From the NCBI GenBank assembly GCA_027371715.1, contig DAHXMM010000021.1, forward strand, positions 18,923 through 82,922: a stretch of DNA of 64,000 nucleotides, given 5' to 3'. A model generated the notes under the pieces. It was not told where the DNA came from. It saw only the letters and a list, made by a program, of their open reading frames with translations, and did no database searches. Shown here in pieces: positions 56,285-64,000 of this stretch; position 1 is the first letter of the stretch; the number at the start of each line of letters is the position of its first letter. This DNA is from Elusimicrobiota bacterium. Its GTDB lineage: Bacteria > Elusimicrobiota > Elusimicrobia > UBA1565 > UBA9628. Made by a program: the position numbers and the translations under genes.

Positions 56285-56515
56285 ATGACCAAACGAATTT
56301 TTTATGCGGCGGTGACTCTAGTATTGGGAACGGTCCTAGCCGGAGTTTTTGGTTGCGGGAGCGGTGGAATGGGCGGCGGAGTCATGGGAGCCAGTTCCGG
56401 CGGAGGCCAATCCGCCGGATGCGGATATCCTCAAACCAATTGCCCGCAGGGTTACGTCCCCGCCCCGGGGCAAGGCGGACAATGCATGCCTCAATCCATG
56501 GTTCCGGGCGGTTAA
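56285..56515 (+). CDS. Small Gly/Cys-rich lipoprotein
   Basis: SD GGAGGT; signal peptide ending VFGC; own promoter. Confidence 0.7.
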   Translation: MTKRIFYAAVTLVLGTVLAGVFGCGSGGMGGGVMGASSGGGQSAGCGYPQTNCPQGYVPAPGQGGQCMPQSMVPGG

Positions 56516-58047
56516 ATCGATTTTCGGACTAAGTTCTGATAAACGGCTTTACCATCTGGAAACTTCAAATCGTTTCCAGGCGCTTGAGAAAGAATTTCCA
56601 GAAATTCAGGGTCAAAATCCTCATTTGAAATTTCCTGGGCGAGTTCTATGGCTCGACGAGCGTATTTAAGGTTTTGCGTCGCCTCGATCCCCGCGATGTC
56701 GGAAAAAAACCATCCGCAACTGGTAAACATATACAGGGCGAATTTCTGCATTTCCATGAGTTGCCTGGCTTTCTTGACATCAGACGGCGAATTCTTCAAT
56801 AAATGTCGTTCGATAAAGGCAGGCGGCAAATCAACGACGCCGCGACTGACGACTTCTCCGTAATCATCCCGCGCCGCCCAAACATTCTTAAATAATTTAT
56901 CTCCCGCTCTTTCGCTTAAGCCGTCCAGCCGTGATTTCAAAACGTTAAGGGCTTGCCTTAAAGGAGTTCGCCATTTCTGGCTTTTTCCCTCCGAGCCGCA
57001 CCCGCAATCGAGAAACCATCTTCCGACGCCATGAGAACAGCTCCAAGAGGTTCCCAGCCCTTGGGGGCCAGCCTTAATTTCAACTTCCCATTCCGGCTGA
57101 TGCCGCGATAAGAAATAACCGTAGTTCACCACTTCGATTTTTCGACGAGGAAGTTCTTGATCTACCAAATACGCAAGGCCCATTTCTGCAAATTTATGAT
57201 GATGGCCGTAGAGTTCTCCATCAGTCGCGATAGAGACAAGACCATCTTTTTTAAAATCGCCAAAAGCCCCAACGATTCGGTCCGCGCAGACCTTGGCATC
57301 GGACATCAATTTTTCAAAGGAAACGGCCGCGGAAATAGGCCCGTCGTAAAAAATGAGATCAATAAAACGCTTCCTTTCTCTTGAAGGCTCAAACCAGCGG
57401 TAGGGTTGTTTCGGATCAATGGAAGCATCGGAAACATCTTTCCAGGGAGATAAAGGCCTTATTTTCCGCACACGCTCGGCTTGGCTGGGAGCCAAAATGG
57501 CATATTTCATCCCAAAATCAATCAAGAGTTTGAGAGTTTGATCATCGCAAGCGGTTTCCGGAAGCCATAAAGCCTCCGGCATACGATTAAAACGCCGCTT
57601 AAAATCAACAATTCCCCAATGGATGACTGTTTTTTGATCCCGCGGGTCGGCCAAAGGCAAAATCAAGTGAACAAAGGCCTGCGCAATGGCGTTTCCGTGT
57701 CCTTCAAGCCGAAGAGAACTCTCTCGGTCTGCCGCGATAATTTTTTCATACGCCTTGGGGTTTGATTTTTCCAGCCACATCATCAAGGTGGGGCCGAAAT
57801 TAAAGCTGATCCAAAAATAATTATTGACCCGCTTGATTACCTTTCCATCAGAACCCATGATCCGCGCTTCCGTGTTAGGCGCATAACATTCCGCCGCGAT
57901 TCTCTCATTCCAATCATGGAAATCGCCGGCAGATTCCTGGCGTTCGATGAGGCCGGTCCAGGGGTTTTCCCTGGGAGGCTGATAGAAATGCCCGTGGATA
58001 CAAACTTGTCTACGAAGATTCGGGCTAAGAAAAAAATTACGCGGCAA
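56512..58047 (-). CDS. Glycoside hydrolase family 57 / DUF3536 protein
   Basis: HGHFYQPPRENPW, WLPETA, ATDGE, SWSC.HG..RW, MFTSCGWFF. Confidence 0.9.
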   Translation of the reverse strand: MPRNFFLSPNLRRQVCIHGHFYQPPRENPWTGLIERQESAGDFHDWNERIAAECYAPNTEARIMGSDGKVIKRVNNYFWISFNFGPTLMMWLEKSNPKAYEKIIAADRESSLRLEGHGNAIAQAFVHLILPLADPRDQKTVIHWGIVDFKRRFNRMPEALWLPETACDDQTLKLLIDFGMKYAILAPSQAERVRKIRPLSPWKDVSDASIDPKQPYRWFEPSRERKRFIDLIFYDGPISAAVSFEKLMSDAKVCADRIVGAFGDFKKDGLVSIATDGELYGHHHKFAEMGLAYLVDQELPRRKIEVVNYGYFLSRHQPEWEVEIKAGPQGLGTSWSCSHGVGRWFLDCGCGSEGKSQKWRTPLRQALNVLKSRLDGLSERAGDKLFKNVWAARDDYGEVVSRGVVDLPPAFIERHLLKNSPSDVKKARQLMEMQKFALYMFTSCGWFFSDIAGIEATQNLKYARRAIELAQEISNEDFDPEFLEILSQAPGNDLKFPDGKAVYQNLVRKSI

Positions 58048-58840
58048 CTTCCTCTTCCTGCTGAACGCCTTTAGGAGCCGGACGAATTACTCCCCGTTTG
58101 GAAGAACGAATGAAAGAAATCATTTCGCGAACTTCAGCGCAGCGGATGGACTCAGCACAGGACAAGGCTTCTTCCAAAGGCAAACCCGTCATAAAAAGAA
58201 CGCGATAGGCCTCTTTGATGAGTTTAACCGACGCCGGAGAAACCCCCGCGCGGCGAAGCCCCAAAAGATTAAGGCCTTTAAGCGTCGCGCGGTCGCCCTG
58301 AACCATGCAAAAAGGAGGAACGTCTTTCGGAATCATGGCGCCCCCCCCGATCATGCACAAGCGACCGATTCTGGTGTGTTGATGCGCGGCCGCGAGTCCG
58401 CCGACGACGGTAAAATCTCCCACCTCAATGTGTCCCGCCATCGCGACCGAGTTCGCGAAAATCACATGATTTCCAATCATGCAATCGTGCGCCACATGGG
58501 AATAGGCCATAAAAAGGCAATTGGACCCAATCACGGTTTTTCCGGTCGCATGAGTTCCGCGGTTTAAGGTCACGCATTCCCTAACCGTATTAGAATCTCC
58601 CATGATGAGGAGAGTCTCCTCTCCGGAAAATTTAAGGTCCTGCGGCGCCCCACCGACATAGGCCCCAGGGAAAATACGGTTATTTTTCCCCATCTGAGTT
58701 CTTTCTATCACAGAGTGAGCCCCAATCACGCAATCCGCCCCAATGGTGGTGTGCGGGCCAATCACGGCATAAGGGCCGATTTCAACGCTGGAATCTATTT
58801 TCGCGTTAGGATCTATAATGGCGGTTGAATGAATGGGCAT
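58037..58840 (-). CDS. lpxA: UDP-N-acetylglucosamine O-acyltransferase
   Basis: Hexapeptide repeats; PQDLK; HVAHDC. Confidence 0.96.
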   Translation of the reverse strand: MPIHSTAIIDPNAKIDSSVEIGPYAVIGPHTTIGADCVIGAHSVIERTQMGKNNRIFPGAYVGGAPQDLKFSGEETLLIMGDSNTVRECVTLNRGTHATGKTVIGSNCLFMAYSHVAHDCMIGNHVIFANSVAMAGHIEVGDFTVVGGLAAAHQHTRIGRLCMIGGGAMIPKDVPPFCMVQGDRATLKGLNLLGLRRAGVSPASVKLIKEAYRVLFMTGLPLEEALSCAESIRCAEVREMISFIRSSKRGVIRPAPKGVQQEEEVAA

Positions 58841-59311
58841 TTAAGCAACCTCTTTATCGACGACGGCAAAAGTCATGACGCCTTCGGCGGCGATTTTATC
58901 TCCGATTTTAGCCTCGCCTTTAAATTTCCCGGCCCGGCCGAGTCTTAAAACCTCGACATGAAGCTTAAGCTCGCTTCCCGGGAAAACCGGGTTTCTAAAT
59001 TTCGCCTCTTCAATGCCCATAAAATAAGCGATCTTGTTTTCATAACCGCCCTTGGACAAAAGCATGACGCAAGCGGCTTGGGCCAGGGCTTCCATGATCA
59101 AAACCCCAGGCATAATTGGGTGCTCAGGGAAATGCCCTTGAAAGAATGGTTCATTAATCGTCACCATCTTGGTTCCGACCGCGCGTTTATCCTCTTCGAG
59201 AATCTCGACTTTATCCACCAAGAGAAAAGGATAGCGATGAGGAATCGCCTTTCTGATTCCTTTAATATCCACGACCCGAACCGGGGTCTGGATAGAAACT
59301 GTATTTTCCAT
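58841..59311 (-). CDS. fabZ: 3-hydroxyacyl-ACP dehydratase
   Basis: PHRYPFLLVD, FFQGHFP, PGVLI.EA.AQ. Confidence 0.96.
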   Translation of the reverse strand: MENTVSIQTPVRVVDIKGIRKAIPHRYPFLLVDKVEILEEDKRAVGTKMVTINEPFFQGHFPEHPIMPGVLIMEALAQAACVMLLSKGGYENKIAYFMGIEEAKFRNPVFPGSELKLHVEVLRLGRAGKFKGEAKIGDKIAAEGVMTFAVVDKEVA

Positions 59312-60189
59312 TACCGCGCCTCCAGGGATTTTTTGCCTCTCATCTTGGCCGCCGCGTCTCGCAAGAGTTTTGCAAAGTGGACGTTGTGGGCATGCCCCAA
59401 GCATTCGGCCTCAACCCGCATCTTAAAAAGCGGACGGCCAATAAGGGTTAAATCCCCTATTAAGTCTAGCATTTTGTGACGAACGAACTCATCCGGGAAG
59501 CGAAGCCCCCCCTCATTTGTGTGATAGCGATCTTTTCCAATCACAATTGCATTATCTAAAGATCCCCCCTGGGCTAAGCCTTGGGATTTTAAAAACTCAA
59601 CTTCATGTTCAAAACAGAAAGTACGAGCGGGGGCGATTTCCCTAAGATAGGTTTCGCGGTCCATGGTCAAGGTCAAGCTCATCTCCGGCATCAGGGGATG
59701 CTCGTGAATCAAGGTCGCCTTAATCTCAAAATTATCAGCAGGGAAAGCCCGATATTTTGCCTTCCCATCTTGATAATGAACTTCCCCCGGCAAATGAAGC
59801 CAACGTTTGGGCGAATCAGGGTAGCGCTCAATTCCGGCCGTTAAAATCGCTTTGACAAAAGGCAGAGCCGACCCGTCCATGATTGGGGGCTCGGGCGCGG
59901 AAACCAAGACATCTATATTATCAATCCCAACTCCCGTGCAAGCCGATAAAACGTGTTCGACGGTGTGAATTTTGGCGTCCCCCAATCCTAAATTGGTTCC
60001 GCGCACGGTGGTCACGACAAAATCCGTCCTAGCCGGAACCATGGGATGGCCGGGCAAATCCACCCTAAAAAACCGAATCCCGGTGTTGGCCGGGGAAGGG
60101 CGAAAAGTGAGCTTTGACGGATGTCCGGTATGAAGGCCGATGCCTTCAAGGCTGATTTCTTTTTTAATCGTCGCCTGCATTGTTTCCAT
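59311..60189 (-). CDS. lpxC: UDP-3-O-acyl-GlcNAc deacetylase
   Basis: GIGLHTG, TVEH, HKMLD. Confidence 0.96.
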   Translation of the reverse strand: METMQATIKKEISLEGIGLHTGHPSKLTFRPSPANTGIRFFRVDLPGHPMVPARTDFVVTTVRGTNLGLGDAKIHTVEHVLSACTGVGIDNIDVLVSAPEPPIMDGSALPFVKAILTAGIERYPDSPKRWLHLPGEVHYQDGKAKYRAFPADNFEIKATLIHEHPLMPEMSLTLTMDRETYLREIAPARTFCFEHEVEFLKSQGLAQGGSLDNAIVIGKDRYHTNEGGLRFPDEFVRHKMLDLIGDLTLIGRPLFKMRVEAECLGHAHNVHFAKLLRDAAAKMRGKKSLEAR

Positions 60190-61288
60190 GACTGCCTCCG
60201 CTATGAGACAAAGGGCCGCCGCCTTGGGCGTCCGTTGATGAAAAAGAAAAGCGGCGTTCTAGTTTCTTAACCGCGTCAAAAAGTTCGGGAAGCCGCCCAT
60301 ACAAAGCCTGAAGCTTCATCGCTTCTTTTCTAGGCCGGGCCGGAGATCCGAAAAGAATATCTTTTTTTTCGACATCATTTATGACGCCGCTTTGACCCAA
60401 AACTATCGTTCCACTTTCAACATAAATATGCCCATTAACGCCGACCTGCCCCGCTAGAACCACGAAATCTCCCAATTTCCCGGTTCCGGCAATCGCCGCC
60501 TGAGCCGCGATTAAGCATCCTTTTCCGATCTGAACATTATGGGCGATTTGGACCAAATTATCGATTTTAGTTCCGTCTCCAATCATCGTAGACCCAAGCG
60601 TCGCCCGGTCAACGGAAACATTGGAGCCGATTTCAACATCATCGCCAATGACGACATTCCCCAATTGCGGAATCTTTCGGTGCTTCCCTGTTTTCTTATC
60701 CGTTGAAAAACCAAATCCGTCGGATCCAATCACCGTTCCGGAATGGATAATAGCGCGATCCCCAACCACGCAGTTTTCGCGAATCGTCACATTGGGATAG
60801 ATGCGGCAATTTTTCCCGATTCGAGCGCCCGCACCGATAAAGCAATGCGGCCCAATGATTGAATATTCTCCAATCACCGCTTTGCGTTCAATGACGACAA
60901 AGGGAGACACCGAGACCTCGGGTCCTAAACGCGCTTCATAGTGGATGATAGCCCGTTCGTCCACCAGGGCCGGAGGCTTTGGAAACTGCGCTTCAATCTC
61001 AGTCAATAATTGAGAAAAAGCGTATTGCGGGTCTTCGACATAAATCCGACAAGGAGCGGAATATAATTCCTTCTCGGAACCGCGCGATAAAATTAGGCAT
61101 CCCGCGCGAGAATCTTTAGCGACTTTAGCGTATTTGGGGTTTCCCAAAAAAGAAATATCCAAAGGTCCCGCGCCTTCAAGGGAATCAAGTCCCGCAATCA
61201 TCAAGTTTCCGTCCCCCTCCAAGCGCCCTTCGACCAGAAGAGCGATTTCCGAGGTTTTTTTTCCTAAATAAAGAGAATTTGTGCTCAT
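60164..61288 (-). CDS. lpxD: UDP-3-O-acylglucosamine N-acyltransferase
   Basis: GSDGFGF, KIPQLG, KIDNLVQIAHN. Confidence 0.96.
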   Translation of the reverse strand: MSTNSLYLGKKTSEIALLVEGRLEGDGNLMIAGLDSLEGAGPLDISFLGNPKYAKVAKDSRAGCLILSRGSEKELYSAPCRIYVEDPQYAFSQLLTEIEAQFPKPPALVDERAIIHYEARLGPEVSVSPFVVIERKAVIGEYSIIGPHCFIGAGARIGKNCRIYPNVTIRENCVVGDRAIIHSGTVIGSDGFGFSTDKKTGKHRKIPQLGNVVIGDDVEIGSNVSVDRATLGSTMIGDGTKIDNLVQIAHNVQIGKGCLIAAQAAIAGTGKLGDFVVLAGQVGVNGHIYVESGTIVLGQSGVINDVEKKDILFGSPARPRKEAMKLQALYGRLPELFDAVKKLERRFSFSSTDAQGGGPLSHSGGSHGNNAGDD

Positions 61289-62322
61289 TGAAAACCTCCT
61301 GACGCTTTTAACACCTTCAGTCTTTTCAAAACCTTATCCGTTAAATCAACCGCGTTGTGTCCATAAAGAATTTGGCTTTTATCAACGACGACGCTAACCC
61401 CCGATTCAGTTGCCACCTCCCTGATTACTTTATAAATTTTTCCCAAAAGTCCCTGGGTTTCCCGATTTTCCAAATTGAGCAGGTTTTTTTCTATGGAAGA
61501 CTCGTCCTGCTTCAAAGCCGTTTGATCTCGCGTAATTTCCTGTTTTTCCTTATTAATTTTATCATTGAGTTGAGGCAATGTCATCTTGGAAGGGGAGACA
61601 GGTTCTTGGTGGCTGGAGGCTATCGAGAAAGCCGGGTTTGAGGGCGAGGTTGCGGGAACTTTAACCGGAGCGGAAGAGACCAAAACCTTGGCGGTGGAAG
61701 AAGCAATAGCGGGCGGCGCATGAGAAACAACCGCCGATGATACCGAAACGGCGCCAGGAGTTTTGACCGCGGAACTTCCAGCGGAAACGGCATAGGCGGA
61801 AGAAGTCCCCGAGCTCATGGAAGTCGGCCCAAAACCCGGCAACGCTGAAATTAAGTTTTTATCCAGGGGATTTGCGACGTTGGTGTTTGAGCTTGCCGCA
61901 ACCGAAGCGGGAGATGAGCTTGTCGCCTTTGTGGAAATAACAGCGGAAGCGACTGGAGCCGCCGCAACAGGAGAAGATGAAATTGCGGGTGTAAGATGCG
62001 AGGACGCGGATGAAACAGAAACGCTTACGGCCGCAGGCTTAGACTTATTCTCAAGCTCGTATTTCCGCTCCATTCTCAAATCCGAAAGGTCTTGTCTTAG
62101 ATGAAGAATGCCAATTTTTTCAAGATTAATCTTGTCCTCGGCTTTTTGAAGGTCCTTTTTAAATTTTTTCTTAGCAGTAATCGTTTCCGGAAATTTTTCA
62201 AATAGCTTTTCCATGTCCACATATCCGATATTGCCGCGCTCGACACGATTGGACTCCAAAGACAATTCAATGGCGGCATGAAGCCGGGGCGTAAGAAACA
62301 AAAACGCTAGAGGGAATATCAT
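61285..62322 (-). CDS. skp: OmpH/Skp family chaperone with long Ser/Ala-rich insertion
   Basis: IGYVD at N-terminus; DLTDKVL at C-terminus; between bamA and lpxD. Confidence 0.75.
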   Translation of the reverse strand: MIFPLAFLFLTPRLHAAIELSLESNRVERGNIGYVDMEKLFEKFPETITAKKKFKKDLQKAEDKINLEKIGILHLRQDLSDLRMERKYELENKSKPAAVSVSVSSASSHLTPAISSSPVAAAPVASAVISTKATSSSPASVAASSNTNVANPLDKNLISALPGFGPTSMSSGTSSAYAVSAGSSAVKTPGAVSVSSAVVSHAPPAIASSTAKVLVSSAPVKVPATSPSNPAFSIASSHQEPVSPSKMTLPQLNDKINKEKQEITRDQTALKQDESSIEKNLLNLENRETQGLLGKIYKVIREVATESGVSVVVDKSQILYGHNAVDLTDKVLKRLKVLKASGGFQ

Positions 62323-64000
62323 TTAGAAGGCCTGTCCCATTCCAAAAGTCACGACCGATTTCGCTTGTGCGGGGGCATGTTCGAAACCATACCCCCAGTC
62401 AAGCCGGATAGGGAAAGCCGGAGTCACGAAGCGAATTCCGACGCCCGCGTCGGTTTTGATCGCGGTGGGGCCTGTTCCAATCTCCACATTCATTTGCCGA
62501 GCCCCCGCCCAAGCGGAACCGGCGTCAAAAAAAGTTTCAAAATCGGCGATGCTTCGCTGATGGGATTTAACGACTGGGAAACTAACGCTTAAGGTTGAAA
62601 CGTCAAAAACGGTGCCTCCGTTCGGGTCCCCAACTTCTCCCGTGGGCTCATATCCGCGCAAATCGTTTTCGCCCCCCAAGAAAAACCGGTTAAAGACCGG
62701 GACAACGGTCGTGCTCCCAAAAGGCGTGATAATGGACGCCCGGTTCAAGGCTCCCAAAACAAAGGGATAATCGTCTATGGAAAACATCTGATAATAAATC
62801 GCGTCTTTCAAGGTTGGCTGAAAGAAATTAACCTGTCCCATGAAAGGGCCTCCGGCCAGTTCCAAGGAAATCATGTTTTGGCTTCCGCTATGGGGATCCC
62901 AAATGTTATCCCGGGTATCCCGGGAAAAGCTGACCGTCCCATAAGAATAAATGCTGGTTCCTTGAGTCAGTAAATTATTAAAACCGGTTTGAACTCCGGC
63001 AATCTGCATTTGGGAAAGAGTGTAGGAGAAGTTTAGAATATATTGGTCGTCTTCAAAACGCGGGCCTACGGTCACCGTCGCGCCCTTGGAGTAAAGAGTA
63101 TAGGCATAAAGAGAACCCCCGAAGGGGCTAATCTGCATTGAGTCAAAGAGGCTTATGCCTAAGCTCGTGGGGCTATTACCGACAAAGGGAGTACTCCAGT
63201 TGACGGAATACATCAAAATTCTTTGTCCAAAAGACCAGTTCGCTGAAAGCTGTTGGGCGCGGCCTAAAAAGTTCATATTTGTCAAGGAAAGCGTCCCGAA
63301 CAATCCCATGATGGAAGAATAAGCTCCTCCCGCCGTCATCATTCCCGGTTTGCCTTCGACCACGTCATAGGTCAAATCCACCTCATTTGGGTCGTCCGGG
63401 CTTTGAATATCCACGTTCACGCTATCAAGAAACCCTAAATTCATCAGCATTTCGCGGCTGCGCTTAACCTTTTTGGCGGAAAAGGGATCTCCTGGGTTAG
63501 TGATAATCTCGCGTCTAAGCGCATAGGTCTTGGTCGTTTTATTTCCTTCGACTCGCACTCGTTCAACATAGATGACATTTCCCTCAAAAATGCTGAAATG
63601 AACGTCCATTTCCTTCGTCTCACTATTATAGGTTTTTATGGGGAAAACGCGCGCTTTTAAATATCCCTTATTGGCGTATTTTTGCTGAATCGCCCGAATA
63701 GTATCAATAAACTTTTCTTCATTAAAAACCTGCCCCTGTTTATATTCCACCACTTTAAACAAATCCGTTGAGGTAAAAACCAAATTCCCTGAAAAAGTAG
63801 TTCCTCCGTATCGATAAAGAGGTCCTTCCTTGATTTTGAAATCAATATAAATTCTCAGGCGATCCAAACTATGCCACACAACCGGGGTGCTGATCTTGAT
63901 ATCGCTGTAACCGTGAATTTCGTAATAGGCCTTAACTTTCTCGATATCCTGGGGCAAAGCCTTGCTTGAAAACGGTTTTCCCCGCTTGTTGGTCATCAAA
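62323..64000 (-). CDS. bamA: Outer membrane protein assembly factor BamA (5' end outside window)
   Basis: POTRA domains (GN..T....RRE); RFFLGG..LRGY; PIRLDWG; terminal Phe. Confidence 0.93.
   Translation of the reverse strand, partial: LMTNKRGKPFSSKALPQDIEKVKAYYEIHGYSDIKISTPVVWHSLDRLRIYIDFKIKEGPLYRYGGTTFSGNLVFTSTDLFKVVEYKQGQVFNEEKFIDTIRAIQQKYANKGYLKARVFPIKTYNSETKEMDVHFSIFEGNVIYVERVRVEGNKTTKTYALRREIITNPGDPFSAKKVKRSREMLMNLGFLDSVNVDIQSPDDPNEVDLTYDVVEGKPGMMTAGGAYSSIMGLFGTLSLTNMNFLGRAQQLSANWSFGQRILMYSVNWSTPFVGNSPTSLGISLFDSMQISPFGGSLYAYTLYSKGATVTVGPRFEDDQYILNFSYTLSQMQIAGVQTGFNNLLTQGTSIYSYGTVSFSRDTRDNIWDPHSGSQNMISLELAGGPFMGQVNFFQPTLKDAIYYQMFSIDDYPFVLGALNRASIITPFGSTTVVPVFNRFFLGGENDLRGYEPTGEVGDPNGGTVFDVSTLSVSFPVVKSHQRSIADFETFFDAGSAWAGARQMNVEIGTGPTAIKTDAGVGIRFVTPAFPIRLDWGYGFEHAPAQAKSVVTFGMGQAF

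Overview
Bacterial chromosomal window, mostly on the minus strand. It comes from a Gram-negative organism; the PorV-like gene, the CTD-bearing secreted proteins and the general gene style suggest Elusimicrobiota, but that is inference only. Gene content, grouped by function: a rearranged NADH:quinone oxidoreductase operon (nuoJKLMN-ABC-D-EF; no nuoGHI here); an S53 peptidase with a PorV-like partner; ilvE; lolCD and lysS; a gamma-glutamylation catabolic cluster; smpB; a tail-fibre-like secreted protein; rarA and zapA; infC-rpmI-rplT-pheST; trpS-scpAB-glgA; an ECF sigma/anti-sigma pair; three paralogous secreted zinc metallopeptidases; tRNA-Phe; HEAT-ExbBD-TonB; tRNA-Leu; an IS110/IS1111 element; and bamA-skp-lpxD-lpxC-fabZ-lpxA. 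Most notable: (1) Four copies of a 60/114-bp repeat sit exactly at ATGA stop/start overlaps of the nuo operon. Each is a complete mini-ORF that overlaps the upstream stop and the downstream start, so translational coupling is preserved. Two MNT-HEPN modules are also spliced into the operon, one flanked by a 10-bp direct repeat resembling the repeat's 5' end. (2) An IS1111-type element has inserted into a GGGACWGTCCC palindrome; its 3' non-coding RNA region carries matching target and donor guide segments, and its ends would form a near-consensus promoter on circularisation. (3) tRNA-Phe lies in frame inside the apparent signal-peptide coding region of a lipoprotein gene. All counts and alignments were done by eye.
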